Part shown: positions 25,822-38,633 of the stretch, one piece after another
Layout of the letters: each line of letters opens with the position of its first letter
How positions within the stretch are numbered: the first letter of the stretch is position 1
Source of the DNA: Fistulifera solaris
Lineage: Eukaryota
Length of the DNA: 64,000 nucleotides
NCBI GenBank assembly: GCA_030295235.1
Contig: AP026130.1
Span: 372,001-436,000 of the forward strand
Direction of reading: 5' to 3'
Notes under the pieces: model-generated
The model's input: the letters and a program-made list of their open reading frames with translations, nothing else
Database searches by the model: none
What the model was told of the DNA's origin: nothing
Position numbers and translations under genes: made by a program

Positions 25822-26735
25822 TCACTTTGCCTTCCGCGTCTTCAAAGTTACTGCATCAGGCAATTCCACCGCCTCGACAGTTTCGGCAGCCATCTTGGCG
25901 CGCAACTCATCTTCATTGCCGCTACTGGGTTCGACCTTCACTCGCTTGGCACGACGCTTCTCGCTGCGGGGGCGTCGTGTCTTTCCGCTCTTAGGTTCTG
26001 GCGCGTCGTCACTTCGACCCGTCATTTTCTGCCATTTCTTGAAACAGCTAAGACGACTTCGGTTGCCAAGCTTTTTGCTAATAGTGCTCCAGGGAATCTG
26101 AATACCTTGTCGGTCGACCATTTTGCCCAAGCTAACCATATCGGCATCTGGCTTCGCATTCAAAAACTCCCGAATATACTTTTGGAGCTCAACCGTCTCC
26201 TCGTCTTTCCAACGACCTTTCAAAAATTCCTCGGACATCTCACGGTACTTGTCCCGGCAGGAATCTGCGCTACGATTTAGCTTCGCCTGAATCGCGCTCC
26301 ATTCTTGCCCATGCGTTGGACCAAGTCTGATAGAAGAGTAGTTTCCTCCTCGGTCCAAGCGCCTCTTTTGAAGGGATGCAACTGTGGCGTTGTTTGATTA
26401 GCAACCATGGTGGCGAAGGTGAATCACACAGGGTTCAGTAAACTTACCTTTCGAATTCCGTGTCGATACACCGACTGGACGCTGCGTTCCGGCAAGCACT
26501 TCGAAATTTCCATCCAGGCACCTTTCAACTCGGCCTTGTGGTCGCATTCAGAGCAAAGGCGCGCAACAGTGACATCTCTTGTGCGACAGAACTCTTCAAT
26601 GGCATTGCGAATTTTCTCCGACTCTTCTTTAGAGAACTTGCCTGATTGTTTTATTGCTACAGGAGCACCGAAACCGTTCTTACCCCATTTGCTGGTTCCA
26701 TCTGCCGAATCGGCGTCGCGTTCCTTGTTGCTCAT
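25822..26735 (-). CDS. Myb-domain protein, Reb1/TTF1/DMTF1-like; intron 26382-26447 and one apparent frameshift near 26303
   Basis: SGKFSKEESEKI, W.EISKCLPERSVQSVY, KRGAWTEEE, WSAIQAKLNRSADSCRDKYR, KGRWKDEE and IPWSTISKKLGNRSRLSCFKKW. Confidence 0.85.
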
Positions 26736-27225
26736 GTTTGATGGCTTCTAACGAGTGAATGAAAGGAATTCGCAATCACCGGGTGCCGAAACCCGGAGAG
26801 TGAAAATTAGGATGTGAAATGCGACAGCAACACACGACACACGACATAATCAGATGAAGGCAGAAAGGGCTACGCAATTTCGCGTAGAAGATGTACTGGT
26901 TTTTGGATATTTCCGGGTGTCATCGACGTGAACGAAACGAATGGTCGATGAACAATACGTAGAAAATGTACCAGATGGAACCGTAGAAATGATTACGTAG
27001 CATCTCTACGGGCACAGTCTGTACATGGGCCCAATATTTTATGTACTGGTGGGACATCTTATTATTTTTGATCGTTTTGATGGTTTTGACGGTTGGAATT
27101 TTTGACGGTTGATTTTTTGATGACACTTGTATTTCGCTTGAGGAGCCAGTTTGTACCGGTACCTGGTGTATTGATCTCACATCTTTAGCAACAAGTCATA
27201 TCTTATACTTCAGAGAATTAGATTT

Positions 27226-28416
27226 ATGTCAAACGCCGTTACCTCAAACCCCTTACTTGTAGCGAGCTACACGTACATTGCGCTTGTGTGGGGAGTCTCA
27301 CAAATCGTCTACGTTCCGTTTGTGGCCCATCTGTTGAGCTTGGTAACGGCGATTCTATATGCCTCCTGCCATGCTTCACTGGGACTACTTTTGAAGGACG
27401 TAGACGAGGCAAATTCAAGTAGTGAACACAGCTCGAGCACAGATAAAGCGTCCGTCAGCTCTGAAACACTCAAGCAGTCAGATGCGTACCAATTTCCTCT
27501 TTTTGGAAGCTTGTCCTTGTTTTCTCTCTATCTGGCTTTCAAATTTCTGGATAAAGAGCTAGTAAATTTGGCGATCGGTGCATATTTCCTTTTTGTCGGA
27601 TGCTTCGCGTTGACTATGACAGTCGTCCCGCTTGTTGAGAAAGTGACTCCTGAATCTTTCCGTCGGCAGCATCAGCTGACGTTTGTGACAAAGCTCCCAG
27701 AATGGATAACGCAAGGAGCATCTGGAGAATACAATTTTGCAGGAATACTTGCATTCCTTGGATCTGCCGGGGTATGTTCACTTTACTTCATGCTAGGCAA
27801 GCCATGGTATTTGAACAATGTGTTGGGTATTTCCTTTTGCCTTCAGGGCGTCGAACGCTTCAGCTTAGGAAGCTATAAAATCGGTGCTATTCTTTTGATC
27901 GGACTCTTCTTTTACGATATCTTTTGGGTGTTTGGAACTGAAGTCATGGTTACTGTCGCAAAGAATCTCGATGGTCCTATTAAGCTTCTTTTTCCTCGAG
28001 GAAGTCTCCTCCCGAAAAATGGTGAGCTCGGTAGCGCTCCAGAGCTATCTCTGCTGGGGCTGGGAGACATTGTCATTCCTGGGTTCTTCTTGGCATTGCT
28101 ACTCCGTTTTGATGCGCATCGTGCCCAGGTAAAAATCCGTTCTCCGTCGGATGTCTATTTATCCTTTCCGAAACCTTACTTTGTATCAGCATTGATCGCT
28201 TACATTCTTGGACTGGCAACCACACTCTTCGTCATGTTCTACTTCAATGCAGCACAACCAGCATTGCTATATCTTGTCCCAGCCTGTCTTCTGAGCTCAT
28301 TGTTGTGTGCTCTTGTTCGTGGGGAAGTTAAACAGCTTTTCGATTATACCGAGGAGGAGGAGGAAGAAGAAGATGCTGCAAAGGACGGAGCTGCCGATGC
28401 GAAGAAGGACAACTAA
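27226..28416 (+). CDS. SPP: Signal peptide peptidase (HM13/SPP, peptidase A22B)
   Basis: YDIFWVFGT, LGLGDIVIPG and QPALLYLVP motifs; multiple TM segments; KKDN C-terminal ER retrieval signal. Confidence 0.95.
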   Translation: MSNAVTSNPLLVASYTYIALVWGVSQIVYVPFVAHLLSLVTAILYASCHASLGLLLKDVDEANSSSEHSSSTDKASVSSETLKQSDAYQFPLFGSLSLFSLYLAFKFLDKELVNLAIGAYFLFVGCFALTMTVVPLVEKVTPESFRRQHQLTFVTKLPEWITQGASGEYNFAGILAFLGSAGVCSLYFMLGKPWYLNNVLGISFCLQGVERFSLGSYKIGAILLIGLFFYDIFWVFGTEVMVTVAKNLDGPIKLLFPRGSLLPKNGELGSAPELSLLGLGDIVIPGFFLALLLRFDAHRAQVKIRSPSDVYLSFPKPYFVSALIAYILGLATTLFVMFYFNAAQPALLYLVPACLLSSLLCALVRGEVKQLFDYTEEEEEEEDAAKDGAADAKKDN

Positions 28417-28469
28417 CACGGAGAACATAGTATCATTAATAAACTCAAATTATGCGTTCTTTAACGCGC

Positions 28470-28895
28470 TTAACTTTTCCTTCGCTTCTTTTTCGAGCTT
28501 TCTATTGACTTGATTTCCTCCGATAATCGCTTCGAAGCTTTTCGGCTCTCATTCTCGTGATGATGTGACGCATTGTCGATTTCGTGTTGATTTCCTTTCT
28601 CAGATTTGCTTTGTTGTCGTCTCGTCTCGGCTGTTTCCTTTTCTTGTTTCTGCGCTTGCTTCAAAAGGGACCGCATTTGATTCAATTGGGCGCGTAATTC
28701 ATCATCCGGCTTCTTTCCTCGTAACCGAGCGCCCATGAAGCAAAGTGTCCCTAGTGTCAAGGCAATAGCTGAATTGCATGCAGCACTTCTTTCTTCTTGG
28801 CGACGTCGCAAAAACGGTTCGAGTTTCGCTTTGATCTCATCTGTGGACTGACGTACAGCTGCCAAGGCCTCGATCGCTTTGTGGGTTGATTCCAT
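28470..28895 (-). CDS. C1D/Rrp47 (Sas10/C1D family) nucleic-acid-binding protein
   Basis: A..NSAIALTLGTLCFMGARLRG..ELRAQLNQMR pattern; basic NLS-like tail KKKRRKS. Confidence 0.6.
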   Translation of the reverse strand: MESTHKAIEALAAVRQSTDEIKAKLEPFLRRRQEERSAACNSAIALTLGTLCFMGARLRGKKPDDELRAQLNQMRSLLKQAQKQEKETAETRRQQSKSEKGNQHEIDNASHHHENESRKASKRLSEEIKSIESSKKKRRKS

Positions 28896-29274
28896 TGTAT
28901 AATCTGTTGTACCAATGGGATCAATGCTGGTCGTTATCATGTAAAATTGCGTTACGATGATCGCATGAGCCTATTTTACATCACAGAGTGGACAATGGCG
29001 CGTTTTGTTCTTCAGTTTTCGTGGTTGCAAAAGGTCGGCCTTTTTTTTTATTACGGAGTACTTCGTACAGTATAATTTTGCGTTTTACTTCTGCAAAATT
29101 AGGGTTTTTAGTTAGGGGACTGAGTTTGTGAGCACAACCGTACTGTACGTAGTAACCTTAGTAATCTTATTTTTAGCCTTTAACCTTAGCGGCGAAACGC
29201 TTCTCACCCACGACCCATGCCGCGAGGTGCGACGCAAGGATAACAATGAATAGTGAATGCACACAATAACGCGA

Positions 29275-29290
29275 TACCTGGTACCAGGTA
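29275..29290. promoter_or_regulatory. Perfect 16-bp palindrome TACCTGGTACCAGGTA in a divergent promoter (putative cis-element)
   Basis: Two overlapping TACCWGGTA units; the same 9-mer recurs in several other upstream regions. Confidence 0.45.
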
Positions 29291-29352
29291 TAAATAAATC
29301 TGATAGATAAGCAACATTCGCATTGTCATAGCCATTTCTCTTATTTCTGAAA

Positions 29353-32300
29353 ATGTCATCCAACAATAAGCAGCGTCTGCTGAGGCACGATCGGGCGTTA
29401 GAAGCAGTGCTTCATAAACGAGTGGGAAAGAACACCGAGCAAGCTCGTCGGGCGGCTGAAATGGCTGCTGAACAAATTTGGAAAACACTACAAAATCGAT
29501 CGCAAAACACTCTCGCAAGTTCACCTTTCGCCGGGATTTCCCCGTCTTTGGATCAGTGCTCAATCGATAGCTTCCAAGAGAGTAACGCAAGTTCCTCTGA
29601 GCGAGCCATACGAAGAGGTTGGCGAAGAGGAGCAAGGGAGACCAATGAGGCGGATAGTGTTTTACGTGACGTGCTTGGCGCGGAACTGCCATCCGTGGAC
29701 GAGACCACAGCTACTTTACTGACTGGAGATATTCTTGCCGAGAGAAAAGTGTTGAAGGGAGGGAAAAGAAATAAGCGAGGACTGTTTCAAAGAGCGTCGA
29801 GATCATCGGGATCTACTATTTTTCGAAATCGGAAGCACGAGAGCGATGCTGGTCACGCTTGGATGTGCGGAGTGTGTGGACAAGCATTTGCGACACACGA
29901 GGCGGCGGATCAGCACGAATCCAAGCACGTTCAGAATGTGGTGGAGAGTCTTGGTTGGGGTCCAACTCGTAGTACACTCAGAGAAGTTTCCTTTCTTGAT
30001 ACGAGTGACAGTACACATCATCAGCGGCGAATGCAATCGAATATTCAGTCTTCTATCTCTGCTTTAGAACAATGGGGGAAGGAAGATGAAGTTTTGGAGC
30101 AGCAAAAAGATCGCGTAGGAGATGAAGGTCTTCCCTCAGATGAAATCTCAATACTAGCATCCATTTTGAAAAGGACTTAGAGTATGATGCCTCATCCTCG
30201 ATCGACAATGCTCTTGTCCCAAAACGACGAACACGCACATTCTCAGACAATATTCGCTTCAAAACAAATGCTGATCGGCTGTTGGTGGACACACAGTCTA
30301 GTTTGAACACGGATCAAAGCAACGTTTTATTGCTATCGAAAAGCGTCCTTAACTCTGCACTTCTTGCGGATGAGGCCTTAATTTCCGTTTGTCGTCAAGC
30401 TGAAAAGAGCATACTCAGTGCGAGCGAAATACTTGCAGAGCGCGAGCTTGATTACTTGAGTCAAGATAAAGCATATTATGATAAGTTAGCCGCAATCGCG
30501 GCCGCTCGTCAAGCGCGACCAACCGACAAGTACAGGTCAGATGGGGACGGAGTAATCGGGAAAGTCCAAAACAAGCTTCTTGATGCTTATCAAATTATGA
30601 AAGAAACGGACCAAGGCGGTGCGAAAACAGGATTAACTTCAACGGATCAATATGACAAGAGGTGGAGGCAACCTGATGGAAACGAGGCTGACGACATCAT
30701 CCGCCATTCCAACCAGACCATGTAATGCGTGAACGTCATGGTTAGAAACAGTATTGTTGTAGTGAAAAGAGAATTAGAGCGACTTGCCGACAAACGCTGG
30801 GAGAAATCAGAGAATAATCAACTGGATCGGTTCGAGCGCTTCCGTGTGTTTGCCCACTTGAACATTGTGAAACTAGCAGGCATTGCTTTGGCGAGTGATT
30901 TTACGGTAAGGTGATGTTTCTATGCTCCTGGCTCTGTTGCCCCTGCTCACAATATTTTCACTGTCACAGCCACGAAGAATCGCCGTTCAACTATCGAATG
31001 ACCTCTACAGATTACTTACACCGAGACTCCAGCGACGGGGAGTAAATATCGAGACTGAAATAGAATATCGCGTCGGACCCTACTTTGTTCTTGCAGTAAA
31101 TGTGACATCGATCGATTGGATCAGATTAATCAAGGCAACGCACAAGGACGTAGAACTTCGACAGGCTCGATGGAGAAAAGAGAGAAAAAGAACACAACGA
31201 CGAAAGCGAAGCCTTTGGTCAAGAGCGTCTGCTTACACGTCTTAAAAACTACGGCTCGGGTATCCGGGACAAGTCTCTAAATGATTGGATCGAGCAAAGT
31301 TTTTACTTGTTCTACTTCCTGCATTGGAGTATCTACTTACCATTGTGCTACATCGTGTATTACGGCATTTTGGGACGAAGCATTCGAAATTTCATCATTT
31401 CCAGTGTGACAGATGAAATTTTCTTTTATGCTGAAAAAAGAGGTATGGAGATGGAAATTCGTATTCGTGAAGCAACGAAACAGACTGCCTTTATGCTCTC
31501 TGCTTTGCGTGAGATTCGAGCGGATGGCCGCGCTTTAGCAAAGCGACGGCAGGAGAGTGAAAAGCAAGAGAAGGGCAAACTTTTGGGTCCTTTGTTAGGT
31601 CCGGCGATAAAGAGTGATTCTGAACCCGCCATCAAACCCGACGGATTTGTTGTCCCTGACAATTTGGAGTTTATTGGCTTGGAACTCGACCTTCCTGTGG
31701 GTTTCAAGCGGCTGCGTTGGGCCTTGCTAAGTAACCAGTCTACCTTTGTTCTCGAGGCATTGTACAAGGAAGAGGCGAAATACGAGAATATATCAGTAGG
31801 AAGGTGGGATAAACATGCCGAGCACATCGGATTGCCGGTACTGCCAGACTCGGTCAAAGAAGAAGATTTTATTGGTGCTACGAAAGAAGGTAGTTATCTA
31901 ATGCCCAAATCCGCGTTCGTGGCTGCTAACACGTAAGTGCAAATCGAGAATTGCGGACCATCTCGCTGTATTCACCATCGAAATCTAACTAATCTTCGCT
32001 CTGTCCATTGCAATTTGCTACTTGCAGATGCTACGAGACACATTTCATTGTGGCATATAATGACTACTGCTTCTGTCTCAAAAAAAGAGGTAAGCATACT
32101 CAAACTAAATTGACCTTTTCTCATTACCTTTGACTTAATCACGCAAATTGCAGCCCGTAACCCTGAGGCTCCGTTTGGAAAGTCATTCGTCGCATGGACA
32201 CAGTATCTAGTTGTAAATTTAGGAAACAATTCTTGTCGCTTGGTATGCAGCGTCGAAGCTGAATTTCCAAATGGCGAACCCATGGTGGCTAGACAAATCA

Positions 32301-32383
32301 GATCAGGAATGCGAGCAGGCACCGGAGATCTTTTCGTTTTAACAGGAGAAACTATTTCGAAGTACGCTGCTGAGTATCCTTAA
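29353..32383 (+). CDS. Large multi-exon protein: C2H2 zinc finger, TM region and C-terminal VASt/StARkin-like domain; introns 30906-30969, 31933-32027, 32090-32153; contains frameshifts and an in-frame TAA at 30723
   Basis: CGVCGQAFATHEAADQHESKH; spliced C-terminus ARNPEAPFGKSFVAWTQYLVVNLGNNSCRLVCSVEAEF resembles VASt. Confidence 0.65.
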
Positions 32384-32451
32384 AACCACGTCCTTCACCT
32401 AGCTAATTGATCAAACTAATTACCTTATGAGTATGGACTACTAAGCAGCAT

Positions 32452-35400
32452 TTATTCGTATTCATGACGACAGCCACTTTCGTCCATGGGCCATGGTGCT
32501 CGACCAACAACAAACTGTCTCCTTCTAACTGAATACAGCTCTTTGTCGAATGAACCTTGTCGATCACTCTTTTCGATTGCAGCATGCTTGCGTTTGTTAG
32601 AGTCGATTGAAGTCGACAAAACTTGTGTGTAAAGGTCTGATTTCTCGACTCGAGAAAGAATCCACCTACCAATAATTGCCCCAGCTGATCTCGAAAGGTG
32701 CTGATTGAATTTAATACAGTTCGAATCATGTAAGCATTCAGGACATCCACCGTCATACTCCTTGTCGTCTCCGCAAAGAGGACAATTTTCGAGCAGGTCG
32801 ATGGCTGCAACAAAAAGCCCTTCTTGTTTAAAGATGTGCTTCCACAAACTCTGACATGCACCAGATCCACCTGCTCTCTCGTCGAACAGCATGACGCATG
32901 TAGGGGAAACAAACGAATGATCACATTGCAGATCTGACCGGCATAGTCCTGGACATACACGAGGCGCCACTGCCAGTAGAGCGTGACATAATGCATGGAC
33001 ACCTAAGCCATAACTGTCACCAAGTACAGGCATGAGATGATGCGCTCCAGAGTCAAGCCACAATCCAAAAGTTTCGTACTCCATCGAAGGAAGTGATAGC
33101 TCCGTTCGAGAGATTTCTTGTCTTGAAATTAGAGAAAGCCGTTTATAACCGTGGACACTTCTTTTAACGCAAACAGTTCCTCGCCCTCCAATCGACAAAG
33201 GAGCTTTTAGTCGTTCTATCGATCCATGCATCTGGACCATCTCCACTTGATTTACAACGGTTATGATTAAATTGCTCAGTGGTCGTGTGTAATATTTTTC
33301 TTGACAGGGTTTGGCGAAAGCGGCAAGTTGATGATTGCGTCCTGGGGAGGAGTGATCTGACGAGAATATGGGAGGCCTTGTCATCGATAGTATCTTGTAT
33401 TTGCGCCCTCGGTGAGTGATAATTGCTCCCGGATGAGCATGGTAAAACACCCTTGAGTACGGTAAAGTGTCGAGGACAGCAGCTTCGTCGTGAACACAAT
33501 CCATCCTTCCTTGTTGGCCATAGTGCGAAATGTCAACTACGAGGTAGTTGATCGGTTCAATCGATCTTAAAGAAACTGTCAACCATGCTTTTGATAAGCT
33601 GCGGTGAGCTCTTAAAACGAATCCAGAGACTACACCAGAAGTGGGCTCCTTCACAAGCGATCCCAGTAACACGAGCGCTTCAGCTGCTTTCAAGTACATC
33701 TCTTTCCCGCCGAATAACTCCCAATCACTCACAATGGGCGATGTAGTGTCCGACAAAGCGGTAACGGGGTTCTCACCAGTGAGTGGGAACTCACTAGCTG
33801 CACAGATCATGTGACCTTGTAGCAAGGCAATTGTCGTCATCGGAAAAGATGTATTCTCGAGAACAACTGCGGCGTCAACGCCTTTCCCGAGTAGCGTTTT
33901 CGGATGACGCCAAATGTATTGCTCTGTGACGGAACCAAAGCAAATCATCACAGAAAGAGATGGTGTCCGATGGAGCCCACGTCCTGCACGCCCCGCTTGC
34001 TGCATGAGGCTTGTGTATGAAGATGGATAACCGCAATGTAAAGTAACGTCGATTGCTCCGACGTCCACACCAAGCTCAAGTGCGTTCGTGCTTATCACTC
34101 CAAGTAATTGGTTCGAGAATAACTTCCTTTCTATATCCCTGCGTTCTTTTAAAGTATAACCACCACGGTAAGATTCGATCATTTTACAATCTCTCTCCCC
34201 TAAGACTTTGCTCGCCTTCTCAAACACCCATTCAACCAAATTTCTTGTCTTGCAGAAAACAATACATCTAACTCCTCTTTGTACCAGTCGTGCGAACAAG
34301 AGTGCCGTTTCATCCGCAGCGTGTCGCCTAGTGAAATTGGGTAGCCTTGAACTGCCTTCCTGTTCTCGTTCAACAGGATTGGAGAAATCTGCTTCGCTTA
34401 TAAACTTATGAGTTTCGTTCACCTCTTCGTTTGTATGTCTCCTGTGAAGCACTGCTTGTACTCGACCATCCATATGGCGCCACAACAAGGGCGGATTCCA
34501 AACGAAGAAATGCTTAGCTGCCCTTGGTGAGCCATCGTCTTCAATTATTGTAACTTCATCATCACCCACAGGACAAAGTCTTCGAAAGTGAATTTCTGGC
34601 TGGGGCAAAGTCGCCGATGCACATACAAACGTTACGTTTTCACAACGTCCACTGGCAGCGACAACGCGAATCAGCCGCCTCAAGATCATTGCCACGTGTG
34701 CACCGAAGACACCATCATATGTATGGGCTTCATCCAGAACCACATACCGCAACCTTGATAACCAACTTTTGAAGACTTTGTCCTTCGAAGAAAGTAAGGA
34801 TGCATGTATAGTGTCTGGATTCGTGAGCAAGATCTTCGCATTCTCAACTATACTACAACGCCGCGACATCGGCGAGTCTCCATCTAAAGTAGCAGAAGAG
34901 ACCTGGTTGAGCAGTGATGCATCAAAAGTAGATTGTAGCTTAATCAACTGGTCCTGTGCCAGCGCTTTCGTGGGGAAGATAACAAGACTGGTTTCTCCGC
35001 TAGTAACGGCGGCACTCATCACCGGCAACCAAAAAGAAAGAGACTTCCCTGATCCAGTTCCTGTACAGATAGCCGTATGTCGATTGTGCAGAAGTATTGA
35101 CGCAATAGCTTGTGCCTGATGAGAAAATAGCTTCCGGTTGTTGAGTTGAAAGGAGTTGAGCACGGAAGAAGGTATTTTCTCAAGACATGCGATAGAGAGA
35201 TCAGCATATACAGCTTCCTGAGCTGGAAAAGACTCAGCCCAAGCAAGCTGGCCCGGTAATATATGCTCGACGACTGGACTAGAGTCTATTGATGGCTTTG
35301 ACTCTGAATCGGAACTGAGATAATGCAATTGAAAGTGCAGGTGAAAGGCTTCACGTGCTACACGCTGGGAGTCTTGCTCTACCGGTGATACTTGAGGCTC

Positions 35401-35986
35401 CTGTGCAGACGGAACGGTTTTTTCGACAAGAGCTTGCTCAGTCACTTTACTGGGCTTTGAAGATTGATTCGGTTTCTTTTGTTGACTTTTTCTTTGCCGA
35501 GGCGTTTCTTTCTTTGAGTATCTTTTTTAGAGCAGCGACGCGACGTTTGGCAGCCGTTTTGGTACACCCTTGCAAGAGCGGATACTCTGACGAAAACCCC
35601 AATTGCCAGCGACAATCGTCCCATTGAGCATCGGCTGTAGAAAAGTCACCATCGTGTTCGTCGGAAGGCTTGAGAAACAAATGAAGAATGCCAATTGATG
35701 AAAGCTCTTGAACCAGCTGGAAGGTTTGCTCGTCGAAGCACGCTGCCGGTAACGTCCGACGAACATTCAGTAGTGCTACACTCGTGAAACCGGTAGCCTT
35801 TGTTAGAAATTGAATGACTGGATCCAAGAGTCGCAACGTTTTCATCAGAGAGTGCTCCTCGACAGAATTTTCTGTAGCACTTGTTGCGATGGTATCGGGC
35901 GGAGGCGAAGTGGATGAAGCCATGATCCGATGGATGCTGCGCTTTAAAGTAAAAAAGTTTTCCAGATAGCCGATATTCGTTTGCAT
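32452..35986 (-). CDS. HRQ1: Hrq1/RecQ4-like (YprA/MrfA-type) DEAH helicase with a C-terminal DUF1998 Zn-binding domain; frameshift near 35447
   Basis: TGTGSGKS, PTKALAQDQ, DEAH, TNALELGVDVG, QQAGRAGR, DERAGGSG and CPLC..GGCPEC..C. Confidence 0.9.
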
Positions 35987-36392
35987 ACGCCGAATTTAAA
36001 TATCTTTTTATCGTACCAGGTATGCTCCTCTCATTCGTTTCATCATCATTCCTCGTCGTCGCGGAATAACGTACAGTATGTGTGAGCGATTGTTGGAGGG
36101 AGTTTTAGTACCGGTTCAAAAGCCAGTTAGGGAGGAGGATAATTGAACCCGGAATGAAAACGGAAACCGAAGCAGCAGCGACACCAACCAATTTTCTCAT
36201 TCATCGCAAGATTCGTTTTACTGTATGCTCCAAAAGTAGTTCCATGCGCAGGTGATCCTCGTGCGCTTTTTTCATTATACCTGGTAATGCTCATCGCAAT
36301 AACGATAGACAATAACATTGATAGAAAGCTTTCTTTCCTGCTTAGGTATCCACAAACCACATTAACGAGGAGTTTGCATTCCAAGCGCAAAG

Positions 36393-38633
36393 ATGATGGA
36401 CGCAGCGACGGGTCCGAATTTTACAATAACGGCCGTGGAAGAGGAAGAGCCTGATTACGGGTTAATGGTCGATGAAGAACACCCGATTGAACACGACGAG
36501 ATTCCAGGTCCACCTTCCTCAAATTCAACCGTCGATATTATGTCAGCTAGCAAGCGAATGGGAATATCTGTCTCGCGATTTCTGTCGAACTCGAATGGTA
36601 TCTCAACTTCGAACGGCGCCTTGCAGAATTCGACATCATCCGAAACGAAGAAGGGATCCTCTCTTTCCAATTCTTTGAATCCTAAGATGCACAGACGTTT
36701 CATTTCAGCTCCTCATTTGAAACAGGTTGAACTACAATCCAAGAAGTTGTCGAGTTCCTCGAAGGATGAAATGGATTTGAGTGACACAGAGCACCGATGG
36801 TCCGGACAAGGGATCCTGGCAAGTCGAGCCGATTTGGAACTACCATTTGACCAATTCGCAGCAGGATGCAATCTGTTGCAAGCGGCGGCGAAAGGCTCTT
36901 TAGAGGAAGTCAAACTGATTCTTTCTTCGGGGAAAACGCACGTTAACTTTCGAGATTACGATCGTCGAACCGCTTTGCATGTGGCCGCGTCGGAGGGACA
37001 TTTGCATGTATGTCAGTACTTGGTCGAACAAAAGGAGCTCGAATCAACCGTTCGGATCGTTGGGGTGGAAGCGCTCTGGATGACGCGCACAGGCATCGTC
37101 GTTCGGAAATTATTCAGTTTCTTCGAAAGTACGGAGCTACGACGGGTAGCGGCAACCGGTCCGTCAATTTGATTGCGGCTGCTGCTGAAGGAGACGTAGA
37201 CGAGGTAAAGACTCTGCTACAGATTGGGGGTTCACAGCAAAAGCTCAAGTTAGACATCAACAAGGGCGACTACGACAAAAGAACGGCACTTCATCTCGCG
37301 TCCGGGGAAGGACATGTCGAAATAGTCCGTCTTTTGTGTGAAGCGGGGGCCGACGTGAATGTGGAAGACCGTTGGTCTCGACGTCCAATGGATGATGCTA
37401 TATCAGGCTCACATAAGGAATGCATTCAAATTTTGGAACGTTATGGAGCTGCACGAGGAAGCACGAGGCCTGCACCCGAGGAAGCTATCGACGATTCGGA
37501 AAGGCGTGTCGTTGACAACATGGAAGTCAATTTCGACGAGCTCGATTTGATTGATCGAATTGGATCTGGAGCGTTCGGCGAGATTTACAAATGTCGGTGG
37601 CGTGGTACTCTGGTTGCGGCAAAGATTATTAAGAGCGCAAAAATCAGGCATGACTGGCTGAACAAGCGGATGTTGGAAGAAATCAAGCAAGGGAATGATG
37701 TCAGTACATGCATCAAGGAGATGGACGCCGCTGACCGTGATCTTAATCAATCCGACAAAGATGAAGCGATTGCGGATTTCCGGCGAGAAATCTCGGTGTT
37801 GAAGTCCCTCAGACACCCTCACATTGTGCTACTTTTGGCTTATTCTACGACGGCAAATCATGAGTGCCTGATCTCGGAATTGATGAAGTGCTCGTTGCTT
37901 GACGTATTCAAAGCTCACATCGTGCAGGGTACAAAAATGCAGCATCGTCAGCAAATTGCTTATGCTACCCAGCTGGCTCTGGGAATGAACTATTTGCACA
38001 CTTGCAAGCCTCCCATTGTCCACCGTGATTTGAAACCAGGTAAGTGTCGTTAGTTGGTCGTCTAATGGTCAAACAGGTGTTGCCTAATCCTTTCCTGTCG
38101 TTATGAATGACGCTTAATTTGTTTCTGTTTCCCATAGCAAATCTTCTCATAGACCACTCCGGCACTTTGAAAATTAGTGACTTTGGACTATCCAAAATTC
38201 GACCAGATCCCTCGAAAAAGAAACTGACAAATACGTCATGACAGGAGAGACCGGAAGTTACCGCTTCATGGCACCAGAGTGCTTTCGTCATGAAGAATAC
38301 AATGAGACAGTCGACGTTTATTCCTTTGCCATGATTCTCTTTTACTTGCTAGTCGGTCGTCCACCTTGGCCAAATCTTTCAGGAATTGACGCGGTCAAAC
38401 GAGCTTCCGAGGACGGGGACCGGCCCAATATTCCTCGAGATATGGACGTTCGCATGACGAACATGCTGAAGGAGTGTTGGAATGAAAACCCAAACTTAAG
38501 GCCTTCTTTTGAACAGATCATTGAATCTTTTTCCGAGTACAATCGGCTCGTTTTTAAGCTGAAGAGCAGCGACACAGTATTATCAACCACAGCTGCAGCA
38601 ACCTCGACCGCCAATTGCTGCGTTATTTTGTAG
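36393..38633 (+). CDS. Ankyrin-repeat TKL/Raf-like protein kinase (ILK-like); frameshift near 37031, intron 38040-38137
   Basis: DYDRRTALHVAASEG twice; IGSGAFGEIY, VAAK, HRDLKP|ANLL, DFG and TGETGSYRFMAPE. Confidence 0.92.

Noticed and set aside
32452..35445. Helicase plus DUF1998 read as a prokaryotic defence system (DISARM/Druantia-like)
   Set aside because: The context is eukaryotic, the architecture matches housekeeping Hrq1, and no partner defence genes are adjacent.
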